Source: a virus
Reading direction: 5' to 3' (one strand)
Virus record (IMG/VR): IMGVR_UViG_3300010384_000005
Length of the DNA stretch: 64,000 bases
Shown one piece after another: positions 37,119 to 45,365 of the stretch; positions within the stretch are counted from its first letter, which is position 1, and the number at the start of each line of letters is the position of its first letter. Made by a program: the position numbers and the translations under genes. The notes below the pieces were generated by a model, which saw only the letters and a program-made list of their open reading frames with translations, did not search any database and was not told the origin of the DNA.

Positions 37119-37783
37119 TGGCCGTGGCAAAGAAAGAAGAAATTGGAATCGAGCTTCCGCCGCTGGATATCCGGTTGATGGAAGTGACTGTAATCGGCGA
37201 CAGTCCGCTGATCGTGCATGCTTGGTCGGAAAAGGCCAAGAAGGAAATGCTGGACAAACAGATGAAGAAGGCAAAGCCGGCGAAAGAACCCAAGAACCCG
37301 CAGGCAGACTTCGAAGCTTCAATGTATCGCCTTGCTGATGGTGGATACGGCTTTCCAAGCGTTGCCTTCAAAGCTGCTGCTGTCACGGCTGGAACATCAG
37401 TCGCTGGTTTGACGAAGATCCAAGCACGGCAAGCATTCCATATTCTCGGTGAAGACGCTGACATTGCTGGTGTCTTCGAAGGCTCTAAATCGCGAGTTAA
37501 TTTGATCCGCATAGGCGGCACGTCGCCCACAATGCGTGAAGACATGGTTCGCGTCGGCATGGGTACAGCAGACTTGCGCTATCGCCCTGAGTTTTCAGAG
37601 TGGCATGCAAAGCTTCTCGTTCGATACAATGCTAACGTTTTGAGCGAAAGTCAGATCCTGAACCTACTCAATGTTGCCGGGTTTGCCGTCGGAGTCGGAG
37701 AATGGCGCCCCGAGAAGGACGGCCAATACGGCATGTTCCATGTCGCGACCGAAGCCGATCTTGTGAAACTGGAGGCCGCATGA
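37118..37783 (+). CDS. Stand-alone Cas7/RAMP-like protein (Vipr-like)
   Basis: RAMP motif order: beta1 EVTVIGDSPLIVH; FPSVAFKAA (compare IPGSSLKG of Csm3/Cas7); thumb EDMVRV...DLRYRPEF; C-terminal G-rich loop AGFAVGVGEWRPEKDGQYGMFHV. Confidence 0.75.
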   Translation: MAVAKKEEIGIELPPLDIRLMEVTVIGDSPLIVHAWSEKAKKEMLDKQMKKAKPAKEPKNPQADFEASMYRLADGGYGFPSVAFKAAAVTAGTSVAGLTKIQARQAFHILGEDADIAGVFEGSKSRVNLIRIGGTSPTMREDMVRVGMGTADLRYRPEFSEWHAKLLVRYNANVLSESQILNLLNVAGFAVGVGEWRPEKDGQYGMFHVATEADLVKLEAA

Positions 37784-38286
37784 TGCGCATCGCCGGTTTT
37801 GAATTCGCTGAAGGTGCTCGTTTCCAGGCTGGAGCATCGAAGGACGCCAAGCTCATTGGCGAGCATCTGGAAATGCTTAGGAAGAGGTTCAAGGGTGAAC
37901 TAACGCCCGAGGACGTTCTTGAAGACGCCAAGCATGACAATTCTCCTCTCCATTCGTTTTTCGAATGGAGCGACACCGAGGCGGCTCGGCAATATCGGTT
38001 ACAACAGGCAAGGGGACTGATCCGCGCTGTAGTTGCCGTTTATGTCCGGGAGGATCAACCAGCAGTTAGACAGAAAGCCTATGTTCATATTCCTGAGCCG
38101 AGTGCCCCGCATTATCGAGAGGCCTCGCATGCGATGTCTCAGGCAAAGACGCGAGAAATGGTGCTGAAGTCTGCCCTTGCAGGGCTCCATGCATGGAAGA
38201 AGAAATACAAGGATCTCCAAGAATTCGCAGCGCTGATTTCGATCATCGACAAAATCGATGAGAAATCACTTCAACCAGTAGCATGA
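37780..38286 (+). CDS. Partner protein of the RAMP-like gene (helical, unknown function)
   Basis: ATGA-coupled to the RAMP gene. GELTPEDVLEDAK..NSPLHSFFEWSD.EAA..YRLQQARGLIR motif. Confidence 0.78.
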   Translation: MMRIAGFEFAEGARFQAGASKDAKLIGEHLEMLRKRFKGELTPEDVLEDAKHDNSPLHSFFEWSDTEAARQYRLQQARGLIRAVVAVYVREDQPAVRQKAYVHIPEPSAPHYREASHAMSQAKTREMVLKSALAGLHAWKKKYKDLQEFAALISIIDKIDEKSLQPVA

Positions 38287-38339
38287 GACAGAGGGTTATG
38301 CCGAGAGTTACTTACAACCTCGGACGCGAAAGCGGACAT

Positions 38340-38481
38340 GGCAGGCAGGTCTAGTTGAGTTAAGTCGTGGTCAGGTGTGGACCGGCAGGCGTGTTTAGGC
38401 AACGTCAGTTGAGGCCAGTTAAGCCGAGTTATGGCAGGCGGGGTTAGGCCCGTTATGATTTGGCAAGCTCAGGCAAGCCAT
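38340..38481 (+). repeat. Pentamer array: three GGCA-delimited units of (GNY-NN)8-9, putative guide RNA array
   Basis: GGCA at 38340, 38384 and 38433, followed by 8, 9 and 9 pentamers. Position 1 is G in 25/26, position 3 is C/T in 25/26, and positions 4-5 vary. Confidence 0.85.
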
Positions 38482-38500
38482 TTCTTGGATGCATAATAGA

Positions 38501-38531
38501 AGGCGGTTCTTCGGAGCCGCCTTTTTCTTTT
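38501..38531 (+). terminator. Rho-independent terminator closing the array
   Basis: AGGCGGTTC-TTCG-GAGCCGCCT followed by TTTTCTTT. Confidence 0.85.
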
Positions 38532-38541
38532 GGAGTAAAGG

Positions 38542-39402
38542 ATGTCCTTCACCGAAAAGAAAATCACCGTTCAGTTCAATTTGGCAAACGGCTCATTCGG
38601 CGACGGCAAGAACAATACTGCGATCGTGACAGGTCTGCGTTGCTCGGCAAATATCGATGCTACTGGCGGAGTTTCGAGCAACAGAATGCAGTTAGCAGTC
38701 TACGGTCTGCCCTTGTCGTTGATGAACCAGTTGAGCACGGTCGGAACCCAGTACAACTCGCTCTATAAGAATAGCATTACCGTTGAAGCTGGCGACGATA
38801 CCACAGGAATGTCTCTTGTTTTTGGAGGTGTGATTTTTTCCGCATTCGTAGACGCTCAGAACATGCCAGATGTAGCGTTTCGTGTTCAGGCGGCTCCCGG
38901 CCCATTCCAAGCAGTGAAACCCGTTCCCGCCCTAAGCATAAAGGGCTCTGCGGATGCTGCCGGGATGATGGGTAATCTCGCTAAGCAGATGGGGCTAGCC
39001 TTCGAGAACAACGGCGTTCAAGTGAAGTTAGCAAATCCGTATTTCGGCGGAACGGCTTGGACGCAGGCCATGGCGATAGCACGTCACGGCAATTTCGACC
39101 TGATCTACGAGCCGAACAAGATGGTGATCTCTCCACGAGGGCAGCCGCGGCAGGGGGATGCCATCCTGATCTCGCCCGATACCGGACTGGTCGGCTATCC
39201 GATGTTTTCGGAAAACATGGTTGTTGTTCGCTGCCTGTTTAATCCGGCGGTAAAGCAACTTTCTCTTGTTGAGGTCAAAAGCGACCTCACGCCGGCCAAC
39301 GGCAAATGGCAGGTCAAGAGCATCACCTATGAATTGGAATCGCAGACCCCCGGAGGGCGGTGGTTCATGGTCCTCGAACTGATCGCTATAGGAACACAAT
39401 AG
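38542..39402 (+). CDS. Baseplate hub protein
   Basis: MSF..K.I...F.L...I...GL..S.MN.LS...I..DTGLVGYP...W.V....Y.LES....G.WF. GGAG RBS. Confidence 0.85.
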   Translation: MSFTEKKITVQFNLANGSFGDGKNNTAIVTGLRCSANIDATGGVSSNRMQLAVYGLPLSLMNQLSTVGTQYNSLYKNSITVEAGDDTTGMSLVFGGVIFSAFVDAQNMPDVAFRVQAAPGPFQAVKPVPALSIKGSADAAGMMGNLAKQMGLAFENNGVQVKLANPYFGGTAWTQAMAIARHGNFDLIYEPNKMVISPRGQPRQGDAILISPDTGLVGYPMFSENMVVVRCLFNPAVKQLSLVEVKSDLTPANGKWQVKSITYELESQTPGGRWFMVLELIAIGTQ

Positions 39403-39404
39403 AG

Positions 39405-40061
39405 ATGGCGAAGCCAGAGAGCTATTTCGGGCAACGCGGCACGTTTGACGATTCCTCCGACTACAATGTTCGTGACTTCCATATCCGGCAGAGATTGGGA
39501 GAGGTCCGGACTATGGTCCCCGTCAAGATCATCGCGGTTCATGGTGGCGGGGTAGGGCCGGCGCCTACGGTCGATGTCCAACCGCTCATTAACCAGATAG
39601 ATGGGCAGGGTAACCAGACTCCGCACGGCATCATTTACGGCATTCCGGTTTCCCGTAGTCAGGGCGGCGGCAATACGATCATCAATGACCCAAAGGTCGG
39701 TGACAAGGGCCACATGTCGATCTGCGATCGGGACATGTCATCGCTCAAGGCAAATAAAGGCGAGGTTTCCAATCCTGGCTCGTATCGCATGCATGATATG
39801 GCGGATGGAGTCTACCACGGCAACCTATTCAATCAGGACACCGACCAATACATTTATTTCCGCGATGATGGGATCACGCTGCAGGATAAGAACGGCAACA
39901 CGATCGAGACCAAACCCGGCTCTATCGCCATCACCGGAAATCTCACAGTCACGGGCAATGTCACTGCCGGATTTGGAACTGGCGATAGCGTAACTCTTCA
40001 GGGGCATACGCACCCGACTACGCCTCCCGGACCTGAAGCGCCTCCCAATCCAGGAACATGA
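39405..40061 (+). CDS. Baseplate spike (Gp138 family)
   Basis: PTVDVQPL...P.VGDKG....CDRD.S....R.HD.ADG.Y. C-terminal HTH metal-binding GHTH. Confidence 0.85.
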   Translation: MAKPESYFGQRGTFDDSSDYNVRDFHIRQRLGEVRTMVPVKIIAVHGGGVGPAPTVDVQPLINQIDGQGNQTPHGIIYGIPVSRSQGGGNTIINDPKVGDKGHMSICDRDMSSLKANKGEVSNPGSYRMHDMADGVYHGNLFNQDTDQYIYFRDDGITLQDKNGNTIETKPGSIAITGNLTVTGNVTAGFGTGDSVTLQGHTHPTTPPGPEAPPNPGT

Positions 40062-40062
40062 C

Positions 40063-40413
40063 ATGGATACTCTCTTGCTCGATACCGAGACATGGGATCT
40101 CGCCGTGGATACCGCTAGAAATATTGCCATGGCATCGGCCCCATACGCGCGTGCTCAAGACGCCGCCAGCGCAATCCGCACGTTTGAAGGTGAAGTTTAC
40201 TACAACACCTTGCTTGGAATTCCTTATTTCACGCAAATCCTCGGCTATGCACCGCCGGTCGCATTGATGAAGGCAAACTTCAATGAGGCCGCACTGACTG
40301 TTCCCGGCGTGGTGACATCGCAATGCTTTATCACCTCGTGGGAGGATCGTGTGGTCCGCGGGCAAGTGCAAATCACTGACGAAGACGGCAATACGTCGGC
40401 TGCATCCTTCTAA
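40063..40413 (+). CDS. Baseplate wedge initiator (gp25/GPW-like)
   Basis: LLLD..TWDL..D..GNIA....AQD...AIRTF.GE.YY....GIPYF..ILG. Confidence 0.8.
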   Translation: MDTLLLDTETWDLAVDTARNIAMASAPYARAQDAASAIRTFEGEVYYNTLLGIPYFTQILGYAPPVALMKANFNEAALTVPGVVTSQCFITSWEDRVVRGQVQITDEDGNTSAASF

Positions 40414-40426
40414 GGATTTTCATTAA

Positions 40427-41860
40427 ATGGCTACGACTAATGTGCCGAGCCCGAGCTTCGGGCCGAATGGATTCCTCATACCGTCCGCTCAGGTTGTGCT
40501 TGAAGGCGTAATAGAGGACATCAATACCGCTTTCGGCGGCAATCTGAATCCTGCCCTCAACACTCCTCAGGGCCAACTCGCATCCTCCGAAGCAGCAGTA
40601 GTCGATAATGCCAATCAGGCGTTTCTTTACCTGACGCAGCAGTTCGACCCAGCCTTCGCTTCGGGTCGCTATCAAGACGCACTGGCGCGGATTTACTTCC
40701 TTTCGCGTAACCCATCTCAGCCGACTGTGGTTCAGGCTCTCTGCACCGGGTTACAGGGTGTGGTCATTTCCGCAGGCGCTCTAGCGATCGCTGCAGATGG
40801 CAACCAATATGTCTGCACTGAAGCGGGGACTATTCCGGCCTCTGGGAACATAACGCTAACATTTGCATGCTTAGTTCCCGGCCCCATTTCATGTCCAGCC
40901 GGCACACTTAACCAAATCTATCAGTCGATTCCTGGCTGGGATGCGATCACCAACCCTTCGGATGGCGTTCTTGGAAACGATGTCGAGAGCCGGTCAGCCT
41001 TCGAGGCGCGTCGTGCCGCTTCTGTTGCCCTGAATTCCATCGGCTCGCTGCCATCTGTCCTTGGGGCAGTTCTTGCCGTTCCGAACGTCATCGATGCATT
41101 CGTAACGGAGAATGCCACGAACAATCCGCAAACGATCGGAGGCGTCTCGCTTTACCCAAATTCGCTTTATGTTGCTGTGGTTGGCGGTGAGGCTCAAGCC
41201 GTTGCTGAGGCAATATGGTCCAAAAAGGCCCCTGGTTGTGCCTATAGTGGCAACACGACGGTAACGGTCCTCGATACTAGCACGGGTTATGTCCCCCCAT
41301 ATCCGGCCTACGCTGTTTCCTTTCAGGTTCCGGCGCCTCTGCCCATTCTATTCGCGGTCAATATCGTAAATTCAACATTGGTCCCAGCCGATGCGGCAAC
41401 ACAAATCCAAAACGCAATCATAGGAGCTTTTGCTGGAACTGATGGGGGGCCACGAGCGAAGATCGGCGCGACTCTGCTGGCGAGCCGGTTTTATGCTCCC
41501 ATCCTTGCTCTTGGCTCATGGGCGCAGATCGTCTCAATTGAGATTGGATCGGTAAACAATGCCTCTGCCTCGTTCACTGGCTCGATCTCTGGAACGACCC
41601 TGACAGTTTCTGCGGTCGCCTCGGGAACCTTGGCGGTCGGGCAAACGATCTCGGATGTCACCGGAAACCTAATTGTGGGGACAACGATCACCGCCCTTGG
41701 AACAGGTTCGGGCGGAACAGGCACCTACACGGTTTCGGTGAGCCAGACGGTCGGATCTGAAAGCATGCAGTCAGCGGTCGCAAACCTCTTTGAGATCGGA
41801 GTCCGCATCAATCAGGTACCGACTGTTTCCGCCAATAACATCGTCGTGACGCTCAGCTAA
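40427..41860 (+). CDS. Baseplate J-like protein
   Basis: TPQGQLA...[12 protein letters not shown]...G.DVESR..FE.RR...P.SLYV.V.GG. Confidence 0.9.
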   Translation: MATTNVPSPSFGPNGFLIPSAQVVLEGVIEDINTAFGGNLNPALNTPQGQLASSEAAVVDNANQAFLYLTQQFDPAFASGRYQDALARIYFLSRNPSQPTVVQALCTGLQGVVISAGALAIAADGNQYVCTEAGTIPASGNITLTFACLVPGPISCPAGTLNQIYQSIPGWDAITNPSDGVLGNDVESRSAFEARRAASVALNSIGSLPSVLGAVLAVPNVIDAFVTENATNNPQTIGGVSLYPNSLYVAVVGGEAQAVAEAIWSKKAPGCAYSGNTTVTVLDTSTGYVPPYPAYAVSFQVPAPLPILFAVNIVNSTLVPADAATQIQNAIIGAFAGTDGGPRAKIGATLLASRFYAPILALGSWAQIVSIEIGSVNNASASFTGSISGTTLTVSAVASGTLAVGQTISDVTGNLIVGTTITALGTGSGGTGTYTVSVSQTVGSESMQSAVANLFEIGVRINQVPTVSANNIVVTLS

Positions 41861-42603
41861 TGACAGACGTTCCGTATCCGCGCCCTCCCGCTGGCATTCC
41901 CAATGGGATCGGGCAATTTGTCATTGGGCAAAGCCCTATCGGGACGCAGCCAGGGTTTGACGTTTGGTCAACAGTTATCAGTCAGTATGCGAATTCGCCT
42001 ATTCTGACGACGCTGATCAGCAATCTGGCAGACTACATCGATCAGACGCAAAACTTTGATGCGTTCTACGATTACATCATGAACGTTGCTACGGCCCAAG
42101 GATATGGCTTGGACGTATGGGGCCGCATAGTTGGCGTGAACCGCATCCTGCAGGTCAACGTTGGAAACTGGTTTGGCTTCAATGAAGCCTCTCCGGGCTC
42201 TTTCACCTTCGGGCAAGGCTCATTTTACAGCGGCGCTCCGTTAACCAGCAATTATTCGCTGTCCGACGAAGTATACCGCACGCTGATTTACGCCAAGGCG
42301 GCGGCGAACATCACCGATGGATCGATCCCTTCGATCAATAGAATTCTGATGACGCTCTTCCCCAACAGAGGGAACGCCTACGTCACGGAAGGTTCCCAAA
42401 GTGGATCATGGTTTGGCTTTGCTGAATCCGCGAATGCCCAAGGCTTCAACCAGGCGGCGTTCTATAGCGGCTCGTCCGTCGCCTCCATGACCATGTCATA
42501 TGTGTTCGAGTTTCAGCTTTCCCCCGTGGAACTCGCCATCGTTCAAAATTCCGGTGTCCTCCCGAAGCCAACTGGCGTTCAGGCATCCGTCGTCATTCTC
42601 TAA
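41860..42603 (+). CDS. Baseplate wedge protein (DUF2612)
   Basis: SQYANSP...TAQGYGLDVWGRIVG...LSD..YR.LI..KA..NI...PKPTGV. Confidence 0.85.
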   Translation: MTDVPYPRPPAGIPNGIGQFVIGQSPIGTQPGFDVWSTVISQYANSPILTTLISNLADYIDQTQNFDAFYDYIMNVATAQGYGLDVWGRIVGVNRILQVNVGNWFGFNEASPGSFTFGQGSFYSGAPLTSNYSLSDEVYRTLIYAKAAANITDGSIPSINRILMTLFPNRGNAYVTEGSQSGSWFGFAESANAQGFNQAAFYSGSSVASMTMSYVFEFQLSPVELAIVQNSGVLPKPTGVQASVVIL

Positions 42604-42618
42604 AATCGAGGTCATATA

Positions 42619-43812
42619 ATGAAGCGCTCCGACATTCCGTCGAAGTTCCCGATTCCGTTTGGGAATTCGGCGGGGGCTGGCTATATCCGCCAAGTCCCGA
42701 CCGCATCTCAAATTGGGGTTACAAATGGCGCGGCATCCCTGACCGATGGTTTTGTGCCGTTGAATTTCCTGCCTGTTGGTTCGGGCGGCGTGCCACCGTT
42801 CGGTCAGGATATGAATGGCATTCTGAACCAGATTTCTGCTTGGTCCAGATGGCAATCGGCAGGAAACCCACTCACGTTCGACGCGACTTTTGCCACAAAT
42901 ATTGGCGGCTATCCGGCAGGGGCAATTCTTTCCGCCGCCGCTGGCGGCAACCTGTGGCTCTGCCTCACAGACGACAATACTTCAAATCCGGATACTGGTG
43001 GTGCAGGATGGGTGGCGATCGGGGTTGGCCGCACCCGTCTTTATGCAAACCTTAATCTTTATGTTGCAACCACCGGCAGCGATAGCAACAACGGATTCTC
43101 GGCTGGCTCGCCTTTTGCTACCCTTCAAAAGGCATGGGATTATCTGCAGAGCAGTGTCGATCTAAATGGGTTTTCCGTCACCATTAATGTTGCTGATGGG
43201 ACCTATACAGCCGGCATTTTAGGGCAGGGCTCAATTGTGGGCCAAAATACAGCAAGCGCCGTTACTTTCCAGGGTAATGCGACGACTCCCGCAAACTGCG
43301 TTGTCAATGTCACGAACTCCAATAGTTTTGCCACGTTGACGGGAGCATTTTTTACGGTGAATGGCTTCACCATGACTGCGACCGGATCCGCATCGGCGGC
43401 GACGGGATGCGCGCTCCGAACCAATCAAGGAACGATCATCTTCCAAAATTGCCGCTTTGGCGCTTGTTCGGTTGCTCATCTCAGTGCTGGTGGTGGTGGT
43501 GCGATCTTCACGAATGGTGCCAACACTATTTTTGGTGGCGCCCCCAATGCCTGGTTTGCTGCGGTCTCTGGCAACATCAACGTTGCGAATTCGTCGTGGA
43601 CGCTTACCGGAACTCCGGCTTTCTCGGGGTCTTTCGTTGCAGCGCAGACATCTTCAACGGTTTTGGCCGCTAGCGTCTCATTCAGCGGCTCTGCGACCGG
43701 GCAGCGCTACAATGCTATTCAGAGTTCGACGATTAATTCGTTTGGCAGCGGTGCGAACTATTTTCCTGGATCAATCGCCGGATCGGCTGATTCGACAAGT
43801 ACCTACGCCTAA
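42619..43812 (+). CDS. Tail fibre protein
   Basis: Baseplate-anchor N-terminus (G.AS...GF.P...GG.PP.G.DMNGIL...IGGYP.GA), then LYVATTGSDSNNG...PFATLQKA and a beta-helix-like body. Confidence 0.8.
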   Translation: MKRSDIPSKFPIPFGNSAGAGYIRQVPTASQIGVTNGAASLTDGFVPLNFLPVGSGGVPPFGQDMNGILNQISAWSRWQSAGNPLTFDATFATNIGGYPAGAILSAAAGGNLWLCLTDDNTSNPDTGGAGWVAIGVGRTRLYANLNLYVATTGSDSNNGFSAGSPFATLQKAWDYLQSSVDLNGFSVTINVADGTYTAGILGQGSIVGQNTASAVTFQGNATTPANCVVNVTNSNSFATLTGAFFTVNGFTMTATGSASAATGCALRTNQGTIIFQNCRFGACSVAHLSAGGGGAIFTNGANTIFGGAPNAWFAAVSGNINVANSSWTLTGTPAFSGSFVAAQTSSTVLAASVSFSGSATGQRYNAIQSSTINSFGSGANYFPGSIAGSADSTSTYA

Positions 43813-43824
43813 GGAATCATAAAT

Positions 43825-45312
43825 ATGAAACTTTTTGCTAGCATCCTTGCGGCGATCGCTTTTGCCTGCCCTTCGATTGCCTTTTGCCAGTCTTCCCCGG
43901 GCCTGACGTATGGGCAAGTTCCTACCGCCGGCCAATGGAACGGCTACTTTGCCTCCAAGCAGGATGTCTTGGGCTATACCCCGCTGAACCAAGCGGGTGG
44001 AACGATGACTGGCCCGCTCAAAACATCGGCATCTACCACAAGTGCTGCGGGTTTTTCTGTGCTTCCCGGTGTTGGCCCGAACGTGCCCAATAACGGTGAT
44101 ATCTGGCTGACCTCGTCTGGTCTTTATTATCGTGCCAACAACATCACGTTTGGCCCAGTTGGAGCTGGCACCATTACGGGTCCCGGAACAACGACCGTTG
44201 GGAATGTTGCCAAATGGGGAAACACGAGCGGCACATCGCTTGTTGATGGCGGCCCGCTCGGGACCGCTGCCACCCAGAACACCGGCACGAGCGGGGCGAA
44301 TGTCCCGCTGCTGAATGGGGGGAATACGTGGAGCGGGAATCAGACCTTTACTGGCAGCAATGCCATTGTAATCGATCTTCCCGATACCTCGGGCAAGCAA
44401 ATTAGATATAATTCTGCAGGCTTGGTAAAGTGGAGCGCTCTAGCCCAGGCTACGTCTCACAACTATGCTGTCCAACGCTATGATGCGTCAGGTGCCTTCC
44501 TTGATACTCCATTTACAATCAATTGGTCCAACGGCATTACTACCGTATCCAACGGTTTGGGCTTGGGCACGAATGCCGCGATAACGTTCACAGGAACCGG
44601 CGCGGCGACAACCCGGTCTAATCTTGGCGCGGCAGCTTCGGGCGCAAACAGCGACATCACATCCCTCTCTGGCCTCACCACGGCTCTTTCTGTCGCCCAA
44701 GGCGGCACGGGAGGCAATACACAAGCCACGGCTCGTACCGGCCTTGGTCTTGGTTCCATTGCCACGCAGGCCGCATCGGCGGCTGCTATTACAGGCGGTT
44801 CCATTGATGGAACGACGGTTGGTGCCACGACCGCATCGACGGGTCGCTTCACCACGCTTGCAGCTACCAGCACGATCACGCCGTCTTCCACGAGCGGCAT
44901 TGTCGGCACGACGACGAACGACAACGCGAATGCGGGCAGCATCGGAGAATACAATACTTTCCAGTCGAGCGGAACGGCGCTGACCTCCAATACCCCGGCG
45001 AACGCCACGAGCCAGAGCCTTACTGCCGGTGATTGGGATGTGCAATGCACTGTACGGTTCAACCCGGCTGCTGGCACGACATATTCTTCAGTGCTTGCAG
45101 GCGTGAATACCACGTCCGCAACCAATCCAGGCTTTACGGCCTACACTCTGCTGAATGCTGCTTTGACGACCGGCCAGCAGCAAGTCATCAGCAGCCCAGT
45201 GACTCGCGTCAGCCTCGCATCGACGACGACCGTCTATTGCATCGCGACATCGATTTTCGGTACCTCTACGATGACCGCAGATGGTTCGCTTCGATATCGC
45301 CGCGCCCGGTAA
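43825..45312 (+). CDS. Second fibre/spike-like protein with an N-terminal signal-peptide-like segment
   Basis: G/T/S/A-rich, with A.ARTGLGLG and TRSNLG fibre repeats. N-terminus MKLFASILAAIAFACPSIAFC. Confidence 0.68.
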   Translation: MKLFASILAAIAFACPSIAFCQSSPGLTYGQVPTAGQWNGYFASKQDVLGYTPLNQAGGTMTGPLKTSASTTSAAGFSVLPGVGPNVPNNGDIWLTSSGLYYRANNITFGPVGAGTITGPGTTTVGNVAKWGNTSGTSLVDGGPLGTAATQNTGTSGANVPLLNGGNTWSGNQTFTGSNAIVIDLPDTSGKQIRYNSAGLVKWSALAQATSHNYAVQRYDASGAFLDTPFTINWSNGITTVSNGLGLGTNAAITFTGTGAATTRSNLGAAASGANSDITSLSGLTTALSVAQGGTGGNTQATARTGLGLGSIATQAASAAAITGGSIDGTTVGATTASTGRFTTLAATSTITPSSTSGIVGTTTNDNANAGSIGEYNTFQSSGTALTSNTPANATSQSLTAGDWDVQCTVRFNPAAGTTYSSVLAGVNTTSATNPGFTAYTLLNAALTTGQQQVISSPVTRVSLASTTTVYCIATSIFGTSTMTADGSLRYRRAR

Positions 45313-45365
45313 TTGAACACGGGGGGAACGCTTGATATTGTCTTTCAGCTCACGAAGGACGAAGA

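Noticed and set aside
38340-38481. Array as a canonical CRISPR array or as a coding low-complexity repeat
   Set aside because: There are no 25-40 nt identical repeats with unique spacers, and the constant part is interleaved every 5 nt. The ATG at 38338 ends after 6 codons and no long ORF spans it.
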